From Eukaryota sp. TZLM1-RC (lineage: Eukaryota > Protista > Metamonada: BaSk clade): a stretch of 64,000 bases of DNA. The number at the start of each line of letters is the position of its first letter. Position 1 is the first letter of the stretch. Made by a program: the position numbers and the translations under genes. Positions 23,652-35,481 of this stretch are shown piece by piece. The stretch spans positions 248,001 through 312,000 of the forward strand of contig JAUPSS010000013.1 in assembly GCA_040285825.1 (NCBI GenBank). The letters run 5' to 3'. The notes beneath the pieces were generated by a model. It had not been told where the DNA came from. It saw nothing but the letters and a program-made list of their open reading frames with translations, and made no database searches.

Positions 23652-26299
23652 ATCGTATTTATTGAATTTGCACATTTGATTAAATTAAATCATAACTAAT
23701 GGGACGACTATCATTAAACCAAGATTTCCTCTACAAAATCTTGATTTGCTTGCTGTCTAGCTAAAGCTTCTCTAATTCGATTGAAAAACCGCGGTAATCT
23801 ATTAATAATGGCAAATTGAATCCGTGAACGCCATAAAAAAATATCAAATCTTTTCATTGTTTTTTCTTGCACCAATTTTTGGAAGTCATCCAAAAAAGTT
23901 TCTGCTTCAACTGATAATCTTCCATTTATCGAAAATGGGAAAGCAATAAAAACCAGCTGTGTATTTCTATCGACATTTGCATCTTCAATTTCTTTATCAT
24001 ATTTTCTATGTTTTTCTTTTGCTTTAAAATCCAGAGCAGCCACAGGATTAAGTTTTCTTCTGTGAACCAAAGTATCGTTTGCAACATTACATGAGACAAA
24101 GTCAACAATAGCTTCAGAATTATCAATCCAATCACAGTATACATCACCTCTATCATCAGAACCAAAATTATTCAGAGAAAGTGTTTCCTTCAGCAGGGGC
24201 TCTTTGATACACGATATCCTTGTAGTTTGTGCCATATTGAAAACAGTGTCTCTAACAGCATCATGTAATGAAGAAAGATAAGTTATCAATTTAGAGCATG
24301 GCGCAAAGTGAGTTGAGGTGAATTCCAACAAATACATTTTTCTTTTGATAATAATTGGTTAATGGGGATGTTCAAATATAATCTCATTTTTGTTACAAAT
24401 GCTTCATTAGTGGCACACAATCCAAATCTTTGTGGTACAATGGTTACAAAAAGTGAAGAATCTGACGCCTTGTTTTCACAAACACCCTTTTCCAATAACA
24501 ATGAGTGAAGATCTTGATTTAAAACAGCCGAGCTGCAAATATTATTATAAAGATCTTCTTCATACATTCCAGTCAATCTTTTCTGTAATGTTCGAAGAGT
24601 GTACTTCAAATTTAAAACATTTTTTTCTGGAATATTGCCATTGAATGATTGGGGAAAACATCGACCCCATTTTTCTACATCAATTCTTGAAATTTCTTCA
24701 TTTAATGCAAAAACAGTGGAACTTTGGGTTGTCATCAATAAATCTTCCCAATCTGCAAATCTTTCGGAAAACTCAAAGATTGCATTTCTACATCCACCAA
24801 CAAAAGCACACGAGGTAAGAATAGAAGCCTTCGTCCACCCTAAACCACCATAATGTGGACTAAGGTAAGCATGATCTGGAATTTGAAACATTTTACATCC
24901 CAGTAATTGAGACAGAACTTTTGCACGTAACTCATTAAACTTTTGAGCCAAAGGTCTAGTGACGAGAGGATTTGTAGATCGAAATATATAATTAAAATTG
25001 GAACTAAAACACAGTCTTATAATGGTAAATTTGATGTGTTTTTTTATATCTAAATTCATCATTCGGTCAATTTTGTCAGAAATTGAGTTCAACTTTTCAA
25101 ACAATTTTTTGGTAATTTCATCATTATTTCCTAAAAACGAACCCAAATGACGAATAGCATCAATTGAATATAATTTGGCTTGAATTTCAATATCATCAAT
25201 TATTGTGGAAACTGGAGAATTCGATAACAAAACACATTTAAGTAAATTAAGTCGGAGACCAATTTTGGTAAATAATTCTTTAAAACATACAGTTGCTTTT
25301 TTCACAATATTTAAATCACCAATAAGCACAACATCATCCATATATGCAATCATTTTTAGTAAAGGAAACATCTCTTGAATTTGCAGTAGAATAGGATGAA
25401 TGGCCAAACAAAACAAAAGAGGTCCTAACGGATCTCCTTGCTTTACGCCACTTGATGAACTCAAAATGTTGTTACCAAAATGTAAATTAGAATATGTGCA
25501 ATATGTTGATTGAAAATATGGTATCAATTCCGGCATAAATTGCAATAGAGCACCATGGATACTGCGACGACTTAGTGAATTGAAAGCATTACTAAAATCC
25601 AATGACATGCAAACATTGGATTCATTTTGACGAAATAAGACATCAGTAGCAAAAATCGCTGAAGAGACTCCATCTGTAGTATTTATACCATATTGAAAGG
25701 GTAATAAAATCTTCTTAGCTTTTTCATTGAACCTGCTCAAGCAACACGCAGAAAAAATATTGTGTAAGCTCTCAGAGATTGCAATAGGACGAACATCCAT
25801 TTTTGAATTTTTGACAAGTGCAGTCAAACGAGAACTTCTTAATTCTTCTGGGTATTTGCGTTGACCAGATAATATTTGGTTGAAAAATTTAGTCAATAAA
25901 CCAAGGCAATCTTCTGAAGAAATAATCGCGACTTTTACATGATCAATAGTAATACCAGAAAGTCCGGCAGACTTACCACGAGGTCTCTTTTTGATAACCG
26001 AAAAAACTTCTGATGGCATCAATGGATAATTTTCCCAGTATGTGCCGTAAAAATTTTGATCCATTATAGGGTCCTCATAAGGATGAAGTATTTTCAGTTT
26101 ATCTATTGTATTTTCATTGTTCGGTGCTTTAACTCCGGGACTTAAAGCTGACAAAGCCTTGGACCATTTGTTGTCAAAGCATTTGTCTTCAAAAATTTTA
26201 CTTAATTTCTCGGATGACTGATTTCTCGGTGCTATATTAGTTAAATCTTCGGAAATATTAACGAAATTTTGTTCAAAAGGAGGACAAAAAGAACCAACT
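23652..26299 (-). mobile_element. 5'-truncated CRE-like retrotransposon, family C (RT-CCHC-RLE), one frameshift near 24290
   Basis: RPIAISE, DFSNAFNSL, GVKQGDPLGPLLF, AYMDD, RGDVYCD...KAKEKHRKY. Ends defined by the empty site in the duplicated arm (about 28815-28835). Confidence 0.93.
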
Positions 26300-26326
26300 T
26301 GAACTAAACTCAAATCTTACTCATCA

Positions 26327-26956
26327 ATGGATACTTCTATACTCAATTGTGGTATTTGTATTGATATTCCATACGACGCAGTGGAGACTACTTGTTGTTA
26401 CTCTCTTTTTTGTTCTCAATGCCTGGAAAGGTGTACAAATTGTCCTCACTGTCGCCATCCAAATCCTAATGCTTCTCCGTCACATGCTATACGAAGAATT
26501 ATCTCAAATTTCCCAGTAGATTGTGATTGTGGACATCACACAACACGAGGAGAGCTACAACACCATTTTAACTACTGTCCAAATCGTAGAAGCACTTGTC
26601 TGTTCTGTAACTTGGAAATCTCGAATGCTGAGTTTCTCACCCATGTTATGGACGATCATCCACATGACCTCAAAGTCACCTTAATCAACAAGAAACGGGA
26701 GAAAGACAAGTTGAAGGTGATCATGCATAACGATGATGTTACAAGCGTTGACTTTGTTATTACTGTTTGTCAATTGATATTTGGATTTGATCGAACAAAA
26801 GCTCGTAACATAACTATGAAGGTACACAACGATGGAAATGCAGACGTTGGAATTTTTCCCGCAGAGGTTGCCCGAGATAGAGTCGAGATTGCACATAGAA
26901 TGGCAAGAAGTAATGGTTTCCCCTTTAGGTTGACTTTTCAATCAGCTTCTGATTGA
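26327..26956 (+). CDS. RING + TRAF/SIAH-type zinc finger + ClpS fusion protein, copy 1
   Basis: C8/C11/C23-C24/C29/C32/C39/C42 RING-like pattern; CxC..H..C and CxxC..H..H fingers; C-terminal KVIMHNDDVTSVDFV...MKVHNDG...PAEVA...FPF ClpS core. Confidence 0.9.
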   Translation: MDTSILNCGICIDIPYDAVETTCCYSLFCSQCLERCTNCPHCRHPNPNASPSHAIRRIISNFPVDCDCGHHTTRGELQHHFNYCPNRRSTCLFCNLEISNAEFLTHVMDDHPHDLKVTLINKKREKDKLKVIMHNDDVTSVDFVITVCQLIFGFDRTKARNITMKVHNDGNADVGIFPAEVARDRVEIAHRMARSNGFPFRLTFQSASD

Positions 26957-27599
26957 TTATGTCACTTTTGACATTCTTCCAGTCATTAGGGCATGTTTTG
27001 GCACACATCTCTCTCACGATCTTTTTTTATTAAAAACTATATGACAGGAAATACTATGCCAAGTACAATTTGAGTCTGCTCTATTAAGAATCTCTACTGA
27101 TTAGATTTCAATAAATAAACAAAAATTAATGAAATTTTATTCCATATGGAAAATAGAAAAATAAGAAAACTTATAAACAAAAATAATAGCTCTACAACAA
27201 CAAGCAGCGCTTCATAGTATCCTGAAAATATATATTTATCCGATTGATGTGCAGTGGCATTTTCAGTTCACTGATGAGAAACTTTGCTCAAGCAGAGCAA
27301 GAATCAAGAATATGACTTGATTGTGACATAAAATGGTTAGTTTAAGAGAACTTTTATGAACTAAAAAAGCCGAAAACGCTGTCTTAAATTTTTCTTTCAT
27401 CACCATGATTTATAAAATTAAATTCTTTTAAATGGTTCTATATGACGGCTTTTTATCACTGTTTAGGTGATTAAAACGAAAAGACTCTTCATTCACATGT
27501 CCCTTGGAAAATATTGCCAAATACCTGGATCAAATAAGAGATTGCCATAAACTTGAGGAATTGTTGTTACTAAGGCAGAAGAAGTACTGTCACACATAT

Positions 27600-27795
27600 C
27601 TTGTTAAAGATTTGCAAAAGCGGGATTCTTTTTCACGGCCAAGCCAAGTCTAACATTAAAATCCAAGCTTTTAAAAATCTTTGACAATTTTTGCTGAAGC
27701 TTTTTACCAGAACAACTGCAAATTAAAAGGAGATCGGTTTGAAATTTCTTGAATTGGTTAGGAAAAATATTTGGTCTAAATTTGTTGTTGCAATC
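27600..27795 (-). mobile_element. CRE-like family A internal fragment in the inverted-repeat spacer
   Basis: Reverse complement matches family A around KKLQQKLSKIF...VRLGLA...NPAFANL. Confidence 0.75.
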
Positions 27796-28168
27796 TATCT
27801 TTTATTTTTATTGATCTTGCGCACTTAACAAAATAACTGAAAATAAAATAAAATAACTGAAAATGCAACTGCACATCAATCGGATAAATATATATTTTCA
27901 GGATACTATGAAGCGCTGCTTGTTGTTGTAGAGCTATTAATTTTGTTTATAAGTTTTCTTGTTTTTCTATTTTCCATATGGAATAAAATTTCATAAATTT
28001 TTTTATTTATTTATTGAAATCTAATCAGTAGAGATTCTTAATAGAGCAGACTCAAATTGTACTTGGCATAGTATTTCCTGTCATATAGTTTTTAATAAAA
28101 AAAGATCGTGAGAGAGATGTGTGCCAAAACATGCCCTAATGACTGGAAGAATGTCAAAAGTGACATAA

Positions 28169-28798
28169 TCAATCAGAAGCTGATTGAAAAGTCAACCTAA
28201 AGGGGAAACCATTACTTCTTGCCATTCTATGTGCAATCTCGACTCTATCTCGGGCAACCTCTGCGGGAAAAATTCCAACGTCTGCATTTCCATCGTTGTG
28301 TGCCTTCATAGTTATGTTACGAGCTTTTGTTCGATCAAATCCAAATATCAATTGACAAACAGTAATAACAAAGTCAAAGCTTGTAACATCATCGTTATGC
28401 ATGATCACCTTCAACTTGTCTTTCTCCCGTTTCTTGTTGATTAAGGTGACTTTGAGGTCATGTGGATGATCGTCCATAACATGGGTGAGAAACTCAGCAT
28501 TCGAGATTTCCAAGTTACAGAACAGACAAGTGCTTCTACGATTTGGACAGTAGTTAAAATGGTGTTGTAGCTCTCCTCGTGTTGTGTGATGTCCACAATC
28601 ACAATCTACTGGGAAATTTGAGATAATTCTTCGTATAGCATGTGACGGAGAAGCATTAGGATTTGGATGGCGACAGTGAGGACAATTTGTACACCTTTCC
28701 AGGCATTGAGAACAAAAAAGAGAGTAACAACAATTAGTCTCCACTGCGTCGTATGGAATATCAATACAAATACCACAATTGAGTATAGAAGTATCCAT
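28169..28798 (-). CDS. RING + TRAF/SIAH-type zinc finger + ClpS fusion protein, copy 2 (T22N, V141F, V166A vs copy 1)
   Basis: Intact 209-aa inverted paralog of 26327-26956. Confidence 0.9.
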   Translation of the reverse strand: MDTSILNCGICIDIPYDAVETNCCYSLFCSQCLERCTNCPHCRHPNPNASPSHAIRRIISNFPVDCDCGHHTTRGELQHHFNYCPNRRSTCLFCNLEISNAEFLTHVMDDHPHDLKVTLINKKREKDKLKVIMHNDDVTSFDFVITVCQLIFGFDRTKARNITMKAHNDGNADVGIFPAEVARDRVEIAHRMARSNGFPFRLTFQSASD

Positions 28799-28889
28799 TG
28801 ATGAAGAAGATTTGAGTTTAGTTCAAGCTGGCTGCTTTTTGTCTCTTTGCTTTGGTTTTTGTCTATAATCATAGGACAAGCTTCTTTGA

Positions 28890-31530
28890 CTTTTATTAAA
28901 TTTACACACTTGACAAAATAAAATCTCAACTAATGGGACGAAATTCATTGAACCAAGATTTCCTCAACAAAATCTTCATCTGCTTGATGTCTAGCTAAGG
29001 CCGCTGTAATTCGATTGAAAATCCGAGGCAATTTATCAATTATCGCAATTTGAATTCGAGAGCGCAATAAAAAAATATCAAATCTCTTCGTTGTTTAATC
29101 TTCAACCATTTTTTGAAAATCATTCAAAAAAGTTTCTGCTTCTACTGACAGTGTTTCATTCATGGAAAGTGGAGAAGCAAAGAAAACTAGTGGTCTGTTG
29201 CTATCAGCATCTGGCTTTTTCGATATCTTTGTCCTATTTTCTATTTTTGGCCCATTATAGTTTTGTTTAGCTATTCACAAAACTTTAAATATCATTAAGC
29301 AAAAATACCCTTCTATAAAAATAGTTGCTTATATGGATGATATATCCTTGATTGGTTCATTTGATTTACTAGAATTGGTTGCTCAAGAAATTGCCGATTC
29401 ATATGAAAATATTGGGCTTCATCTTAATGCCAGCAAATGCCTTATGATTGGCTCTTCTGCTCAAGACCTCGTGATAAACGATTCTATTGTCCCTTTTACT
29501 AATTATAGTAGTGATGCTTTTAAGTTCCTTGGTTGTTGGTTAGGAAATGTGCCTCAAATTCAGAATGAATTGCAAGTTATTTTGGAAAAAATGAAAATTG
29601 AACTTGATTCAATTTCTTCTTTAGATATAGAAAAGCATATTAAATTTTTCATGCTTAAAATTTGCTACACTGGGAGAATAACCCACATTTTGAGATCTTG
29701 TGCTCCTTCCATAGCATTAGATTTTTGTCGTTCATTCAATTCATTGAGAACAGAATTTTTTGCTGATTTATTGGATGTAGAACCAGGAATGTTGAAAAGT
29801 CACTTATTTCCTTCAGCAAATTTGGGGGGTATTGGATTTACTAAATCTTCAATTTTGTGTCAATCAGCATTCTTGGGTGGTGGCAAAAATTTTATTTATG
29901 AATTTTCTCGTAGATTTCCTGATGATTCTCATCTGTTAGTCCCCAATTGTAGTCCCTATTTGTATGAGTTATCTTGTGAACTTGAAAAATTACCGCCACA
30001 AATTTGGACCAAATGTTTTCCTCAATCAATTCAAGAAATTCCAAACCGACCTCTATTTAATTTACAGTTTTGCTGTAAAAAGCTTCAACAAAAATTGTCA
30101 AAGATTTTTGAAAGCTTGGATTTTGATGTTAGACTTGGCTTGGCCAAGAAAAAGAATCCCGCTTCTGCAAATCTTTTACAAGATATGTGTGACAGTACTT
30201 CTTCTGCCTTAGTAACAACAATTCCACAAGTTTATGGTACTCTCTTATCCGATTCTGCTTGGACTCTGAATATGAGATTTCGTTCCTTTATCTGGCCTGA
30301 TAATTTACCTCATAATTTAATTTAATTTGTAAATGTTGTCGAAAAATTACTATTACTCATTTGTTAAATTGTCAACATTTTATTACTGTTAGAAGCAAGG
30401 TTCATGATGTTGTAAAATACCAGTTATATTGTATGTGTAAGTCTCATAGAAATGAATCCTTTTTGGAACCACTGTTGTCAAATCTGTTTGATGCTGAAAA
30501 TGATTTTCATAAGAATAATAGAGGTGATGTCATATTACCTGGATTAGATGGAAGCTTCATTTTATTGGATGTAATGTCTGTTGATCCTTGTAATGCCTCA
30601 AATGAAAGGCTTGTTAATTCTGAAATTCATAATCCCCTTTCAAATGCTGAAAATTTTAAATTCAAAAAATACAATGAACCTTTGTCCAAATTGGCCAGTC
30701 TACAGCATGCAAAATACAATTTGTATCCATTTGTATTTTCCCTTTTTGGTTCACTTGCACCAACTGCTGTACGTTTTTTGGATGATTTTGAAATGATTGT
30801 AAAGAGAAGAACTGGCAGAAATTTCAACAGATTGTTTTGGCAAAATAGAATTGTGTTTTCTATTTTTAAGGGGATGTTGAAGATGGTTTCTGATGGTTTA
30901 CTTTCTCTTGGATCTCACTATGAGAGAGTTGCATCTAGTGTTTTTGTTTTGGGAGAGATGGATTTTTTAGATGTTGATTTATAGGTTGTGAATACAATTA
31001 AAATTAAAAAAAATTTTCTATTTTTTCCTTTGCTTTAAATTCAAGAGCACTTACGGGATAAACACTCCTGTTTTGAACCAAAGTGTCATTTGCAACATCA
31101 CATGAGACAAAATCAAAATTAACTTCAGTGTTATTAATATTAATCACAGTATATATCACCTCTGTCATCAGAACCAAACTTGTCTAAGCAAAGACTCTTT
31201 GACACATGGAATTCTTGCATTTTTTGCCAATGTGAAAACAGTGTCTCCGACACCATCATGTAATGGAGGGAGATAAGCTATCAAATCAGAAAATTTAAGA
31301 GCATGACGTGAAGTGAGCTGTGATGAATTACAGCAAATACATGTTTCTATTAATAGAGATATGCAGACATAATCTCATTTTTGTTACAAATACTTCATTA
31401 TGGGCACATAGCCCAAACCTTTGTGGCACAAGGGTAGCAAATAGTGTTGTATCTGATGACTTGTTCTCGCACACATCTTTTTCTCATCATAATGAATGAA
31501 GATTTTGGTCTAAAACAGCCGAGCTGTATA
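28890..31530 (-). mobile_element. Decayed CRE-like family C copy (28890-29248 plus 31013-31530) split by a family A insertion
   Basis: RLE coding is continuous across the insertion (...ALEFKAKE..RK | DKDIEK...RPLVF); homologous to 23714-24540. Confidence 0.85.
29249..31012 (+). mobile_element. 5'-truncated CRE-like retrotransposon, family A, 13-bp TSD
   Basis: AYMDD, zinc finger, RLE motifs, short A-tail; TSD attttctattttt at 29236-29248 and 31013-31025; frameshift near 30320. Confidence 0.92.
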
Positions 31531-31773
31531 TAGATTGATGTATAAATTAGATTGGCTTACCGTAAAACAAATAGAAATAACTTGATAGTTCAGGGAAAGG
31601 TTTTTGGATTACTGCTTAATTTTCTTTTATTTTGACACTATTTAAAGCGTTACTAAAAATTAAATTGAAAACTGATATACAAATTTTTTTCAGACTGTTT
31701 CAACAAATCTATTAAATATATTTAATAAGTCTTTCAATTGGCAAATTATTGATTGACACATAAGCAAAAATTT

Positions 31774-31845
31774 CTCGGTTACGGGGAATCGAACCCCGGC
31801 CTCCCGCGTGACAGGCGGGGATACTCACCACTATACTATAACCGA
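31774..31845 (-). tRNA. tRNA-Asp(GTC), identical to 10801-10872
   Basis: Exact reverse complement of the first copy; T-run downstream. Confidence 0.96.
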
Positions 31846-32652
31846 CTCCTTTTTCAGAGATTGCGGATATTAAGTATACAACACCGATTTGAAACTTCAC
31901 ATATATGGTTAATGAATAGTTAAATGTTCCACTCATCTGGTTGACTAGATGGTCCAAGATTTTTCTTTTGATTCTAAATCCAATTGTACATTCCTCCCAA
32001 AAAAATATAGCCAGGGCTAGAAAAAAATTAAATTGGCAATTAATTGGCTGTTCAAAATTCATATTAATCAATTATTGGCAATTTTGTTCAGCTTAGAATT
32101 ACATAGATTATGTTGGTGTTGTTTTAAACTATGCAATCAAAGACAGAATGTCAGAATTATACTGGATAATAATGGATAGTGTACATTTTGTTTAATGGTT
32201 GAAATTGGTGAGGGTGTTTCATCATCTGCAAAGTCTATGATCATTTACATTTCGTGTAAGTTGGTTATATTTCTCTTTAAATAGATGATATTCTTGCCAA
32301 AGCTGATTGACAACTTATACTGAAGATTGCCAATTAATTTCAACTTGGAAAATGGTACCAATCAATATTTGCAATTAATTGATAAGCAATTATTGTATTA
32401 ACCCGTTCAGGTTTTCCCACAAAGAAGGTGAATTCTGCTCAACTACAGCCCCCTTTTTGTTTTAGATAAAGTGTTACACGGCAAAAAGGTTGTAGAATAC
32501 GAGAAAATTTACAAAAAACACTAAATGTACAAACAAAAATATTAAAAAATACTAAAACGAAAAAAAAGAAATAGAAAAGACAATCAATGATATAATTGAC
32601 CCAAACAATCAAATAAAGAAAATAAATTAAATAATAAATTAAATGAATCAAA

Positions 32653-35481
32653 TTAAATAATCTTTGTAATACAAATACACCCTTCTGCACCAGTGGAAAC
32701 CAAATGAGATTCTTCATCATTCTTCATGAGCAACAGAGAGGTTACTCTTGAATGGCACTTTATCCCATCTCTTTTGCCATCATCATGTGAGGAATTGATA
32801 ATGGAAATGTAACCGCTTTCATCTCCAAATACCAATATCTCATTAAGAGCACAACAATGAGATACATTGCATTCAGAAGAGAGAGTGACAGCAGTGGGTG
32901 AAGCAGAAGGTAGGGTTTGGGTAAACCAATCAATATTGATTGAAACTTCCGACGAAATTGATTGGTGACACGTCATTGATGATGTGTTGATGATTGAGTA
33001 GTTTCCGGTCGGATTACAGTATTCAGCGACTCTAATGTATTGGGAATCTGAAGACCAATCCAACGACTTGAATAACCCTTCAACATTTAGTTTTAAAGAT
33101 TTTTCAAAAACAATTTGCTCATTTTCAAATAAAAATATAACTAAATGAAAATTTGAAGTTAAAGCAGCAATAAAACTTCCTGTAGGGTCAAATTTAGTCA
33201 TCAATATTGACCCTGTCACGTCAGCAAAAGAAAACCAACGACAAACAGAGATTTCAGTATCAGAATGTTTTAATAGCACGAGTTGAGTGTTAGAAGAAGC
33301 AATTATAAAAGAATTAAAAGCAGAAATCGATTCCAAATAACAATTTAAATTTAATTCCATTTGTAATTGTCCTTTACAATTCCAACACTTCACTGTCCCA
33401 TCAGTTGCTGACGTAATGAAAAGGTCAGAAATACAAGACTTTTCAAGACCAGTGATACTGGGATGATCCTCACTTTCGTCAAGCGGGAGACCATGGGAAC
33501 TGTTTAAAATTTTGAATTGTGGAATCGTTGGATCAGAAATTAGTAAATGATTGGGTAATCTGATTGATTTAATCGAACCATCTGAAAGACAAGCAAGGAA
33601 AGTATCGACATCATGAGAGTCAATCAAGCACGTGATATATGATTGATTCGGTAGAATGACGCATCCAACATAATTAAGATCAAAAGTCCAAAATTTGATT
33701 GAACAATCATTTGATGACGTCACCAATAGTTCATTTTGACCCTTTCTGATTACAATCATCGACATAATATTCCCTTTATGACCTGAAACACTTTTAAACT
33801 TGCACTTTAATTTGCTTTTTCCTTTATCTCCAGGTTTTAATTCAAATAGATTACCCTCTGAACTACTGGCAATTACTGTTCCATTGGAAAAAGAAACAAT
33901 ATTTGTAACACAAGTAAAGGTATCCTTGTATTTGGCAGGATATTGAATGAGGGAGTTGCCGATTTCAGTAGACCAAAATGACACGTGTTTGAGTCCAAAA
34001 GTAAGGATCAAATTGAGCTCAGATGACGTGATGAAAAGAGCTTTTGTGGGAGTCGGTAGGGTTATTTTCGACAAGAGTTGATGTGACTCATAATCAATCA
34101 AAAATAATTGACCGTCATCTTGACCTAACGTGACCATTTTTGACCTACTCTTCGTGAATACACAGGACCTGATACCTCCTGAATGAGGAACCTTCATTGT
34201 AGTCAGTGTGTTTAGGTTTTCTGAATTCCAAATACTCAACACAGATTCTCTTGACTTCTCTTGACATTTTTGAACTGATGAAGTGTTTGATGACGTGTTT
34301 GATTGGGATAATTGACCGGAAGCAATGGTGATACCATCCTGATGTAGTGCAATGCACGATACAATAGAGCCGTGGGCGTGGTAAAATTTCGGCAACTTAC
34401 ATGTGTCAAAGGGATCAAAAACTTTGATTAAAGAGTCAGAACACGTGACAAGATGTCGATTCTTAGTAAATACCACTTTCCCATTTAAAAAAGCATGTCC
34501 GATCAAAAATGATGGATTGACTTCCTTTTTGACCTCTATTGCTTTTCTATTTATAGTAACATTCTGAGTTACACTCATTCTCAATAAACATCTGATACTC
34601 CAATGCAAAAACGACAAACTATCAAAAGAAAATGATTGATTTTTTGATTGATTTTTTGATTGAAGTGGTGACGTGGACAATAGCTCAATAATATTACGGT
34701 CTCGAGACTTTTGTTGAACTTTTTCCAACTTGCTTTGTCTAGATTTCAGTACTAATTCAGCTTCCAGTTGTTGATTACGTTGTGCCAGCTCATCACACGT
34801 CATCTTCACGTTTCTCAGCTCAGTCTTGTACCTCTTTGCCCTGCTAGCTTCATGTTGAAGGCGTACTTCAAGTGAAGAGGAAGAGGGAAGTAGGGGTGAA
34901 GGTGAAAGGTGATCAGCACGTGATTGATTAGGGGTCTGATTGGGAGTTTTAAACTGGCTGACGTGATCAACACGTGATTGATTAGGAGTTTTTGACTGTG
35001 TGTGATGACGCAATGCTGCGTTGGCAGTTTCCAGTTGTGACTTTAATTGATCTAATTGCTGTTGGTACTTGGCAAGTTGATCTTTGAACACTTTTCGTTC
35101 TTTTAACCACTTTGCTTCCGCTGATCCTTGGTTCTGTTGATGGTCTACTAGCACCTTTTCATGACGTCTTTGTATACGTTTAAGTGTCTGAACTTCGGAA
35201 AGGAGTGATTGACGTTCGATTTCTAGGGATGCCACTTTATCTTCAAGTTCAGCGATGAGGTTAACAGTGTGGGAAGAGTGTTTTAGTTGTGATTCTAACT
35301 GTTTATTCTGCTTGCGCGTATAACGCAAGGCTTTTTCGAGGGAAGCGATACGTTTGAGAGCAGCATCCTCAGAAGATTCTTGAAGAGATAAGCGGGATGG
35401 TGTTGGAGAAAAAGAGAGATCAGTGGCGAGAGGAACATGTTGAGTATGACTAGATGAAGGTGTAGTTGATAGATCTACCAT
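32653..35481 (-). CDS. Lebercilin-like coiled coil fused to EML-type WD40 repeats
   Basis: EVQTLKRIQRRHEKVL is lebercilin-like; FYHAHGSIVSCIALHQDGITIASGQ is EML-like; WD motifs GH...TSSNDCSIKFW and TSATDGTVKCW. Confidence 0.7.
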   Translation of the reverse strand: MVDLSTTPSSSHTQHVPLATDLSFSPTPSRLSLQESSEDAALKRIASLEKALRYTRKQNKQLESQLKHSSHTVNLIAELEDKVASLEIERQSLLSEVQTLKRIQRRHEKVLVDHQQNQGSAEAKWLKERKVFKDQLAKYQQQLDQLKSQLETANAALRHHTQSKTPNQSRVDHVSQFKTPNQTPNQSRADHLSPSPLLPSSSSLEVRLQHEASRAKRYKTELRNVKMTCDELAQRNQQLEAELVLKSRQSKLEKVQQKSRDRNIIELLSTSPLQSKNQSKNQSFSFDSLSFLHWSIRCLLRMSVTQNVTINRKAIEVKKEVNPSFLIGHAFLNGKVVFTKNRHLVTCSDSLIKVFDPFDTCKLPKFYHAHGSIVSCIALHQDGITIASGQLSQSNTSSNTSSVQKCQEKSRESVLSIWNSENLNTLTTMKVPHSGGIRSCVFTKSRSKMVTLGQDDGQLFLIDYESHQLLSKITLPTPTKALFITSSELNLILTFGLKHVSFWSTEIGNSLIQYPAKYKDTFTCVTNIVSFSNGTVIASSSEGNLFELKPGDKGKSKLKCKFKSVSGHKGNIMSMIVIRKGQNELLVTSSNDCSIKFWTFDLNYVGCVILPNQSYITCLIDSHDVDTFLACLSDGSIKSIRLPNHLLISDPTIPQFKILNSSHGLPLDESEDHPSITGLEKSCISDLFITSATDGTVKCWNCKGQLQMELNLNCYLESISAFNSFIIASSNTQLVLLKHSDTEISVCRWFSFADVTGSILMTKFDPTGSFIAALTSNFHLVIFLFENEQIVFEKSLKLNVEGLFKSLDWSSDSQYIRVAEYCNPTGNYSIINTSSMTCHQSISSEVSINIDWFTQTLPSASPTAVTLSSECNVSHCCALNEILVFGDESGYISIINSSHDDGKRDGIKCHSRVTSLLLMKNDEESHLVSTGAEGCICITKII

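Larger units (their letters stand above)
26300..28826. repeat. Large inverted duplication: arms 26300-27268 and 27855-28826, about 586-bp spacer; homology continues 23520-23651 vs about 28826-28955
   Basis: Arms are near-identical; 3 substitutions in the 630-nt CDS. Confidence 0.95.
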
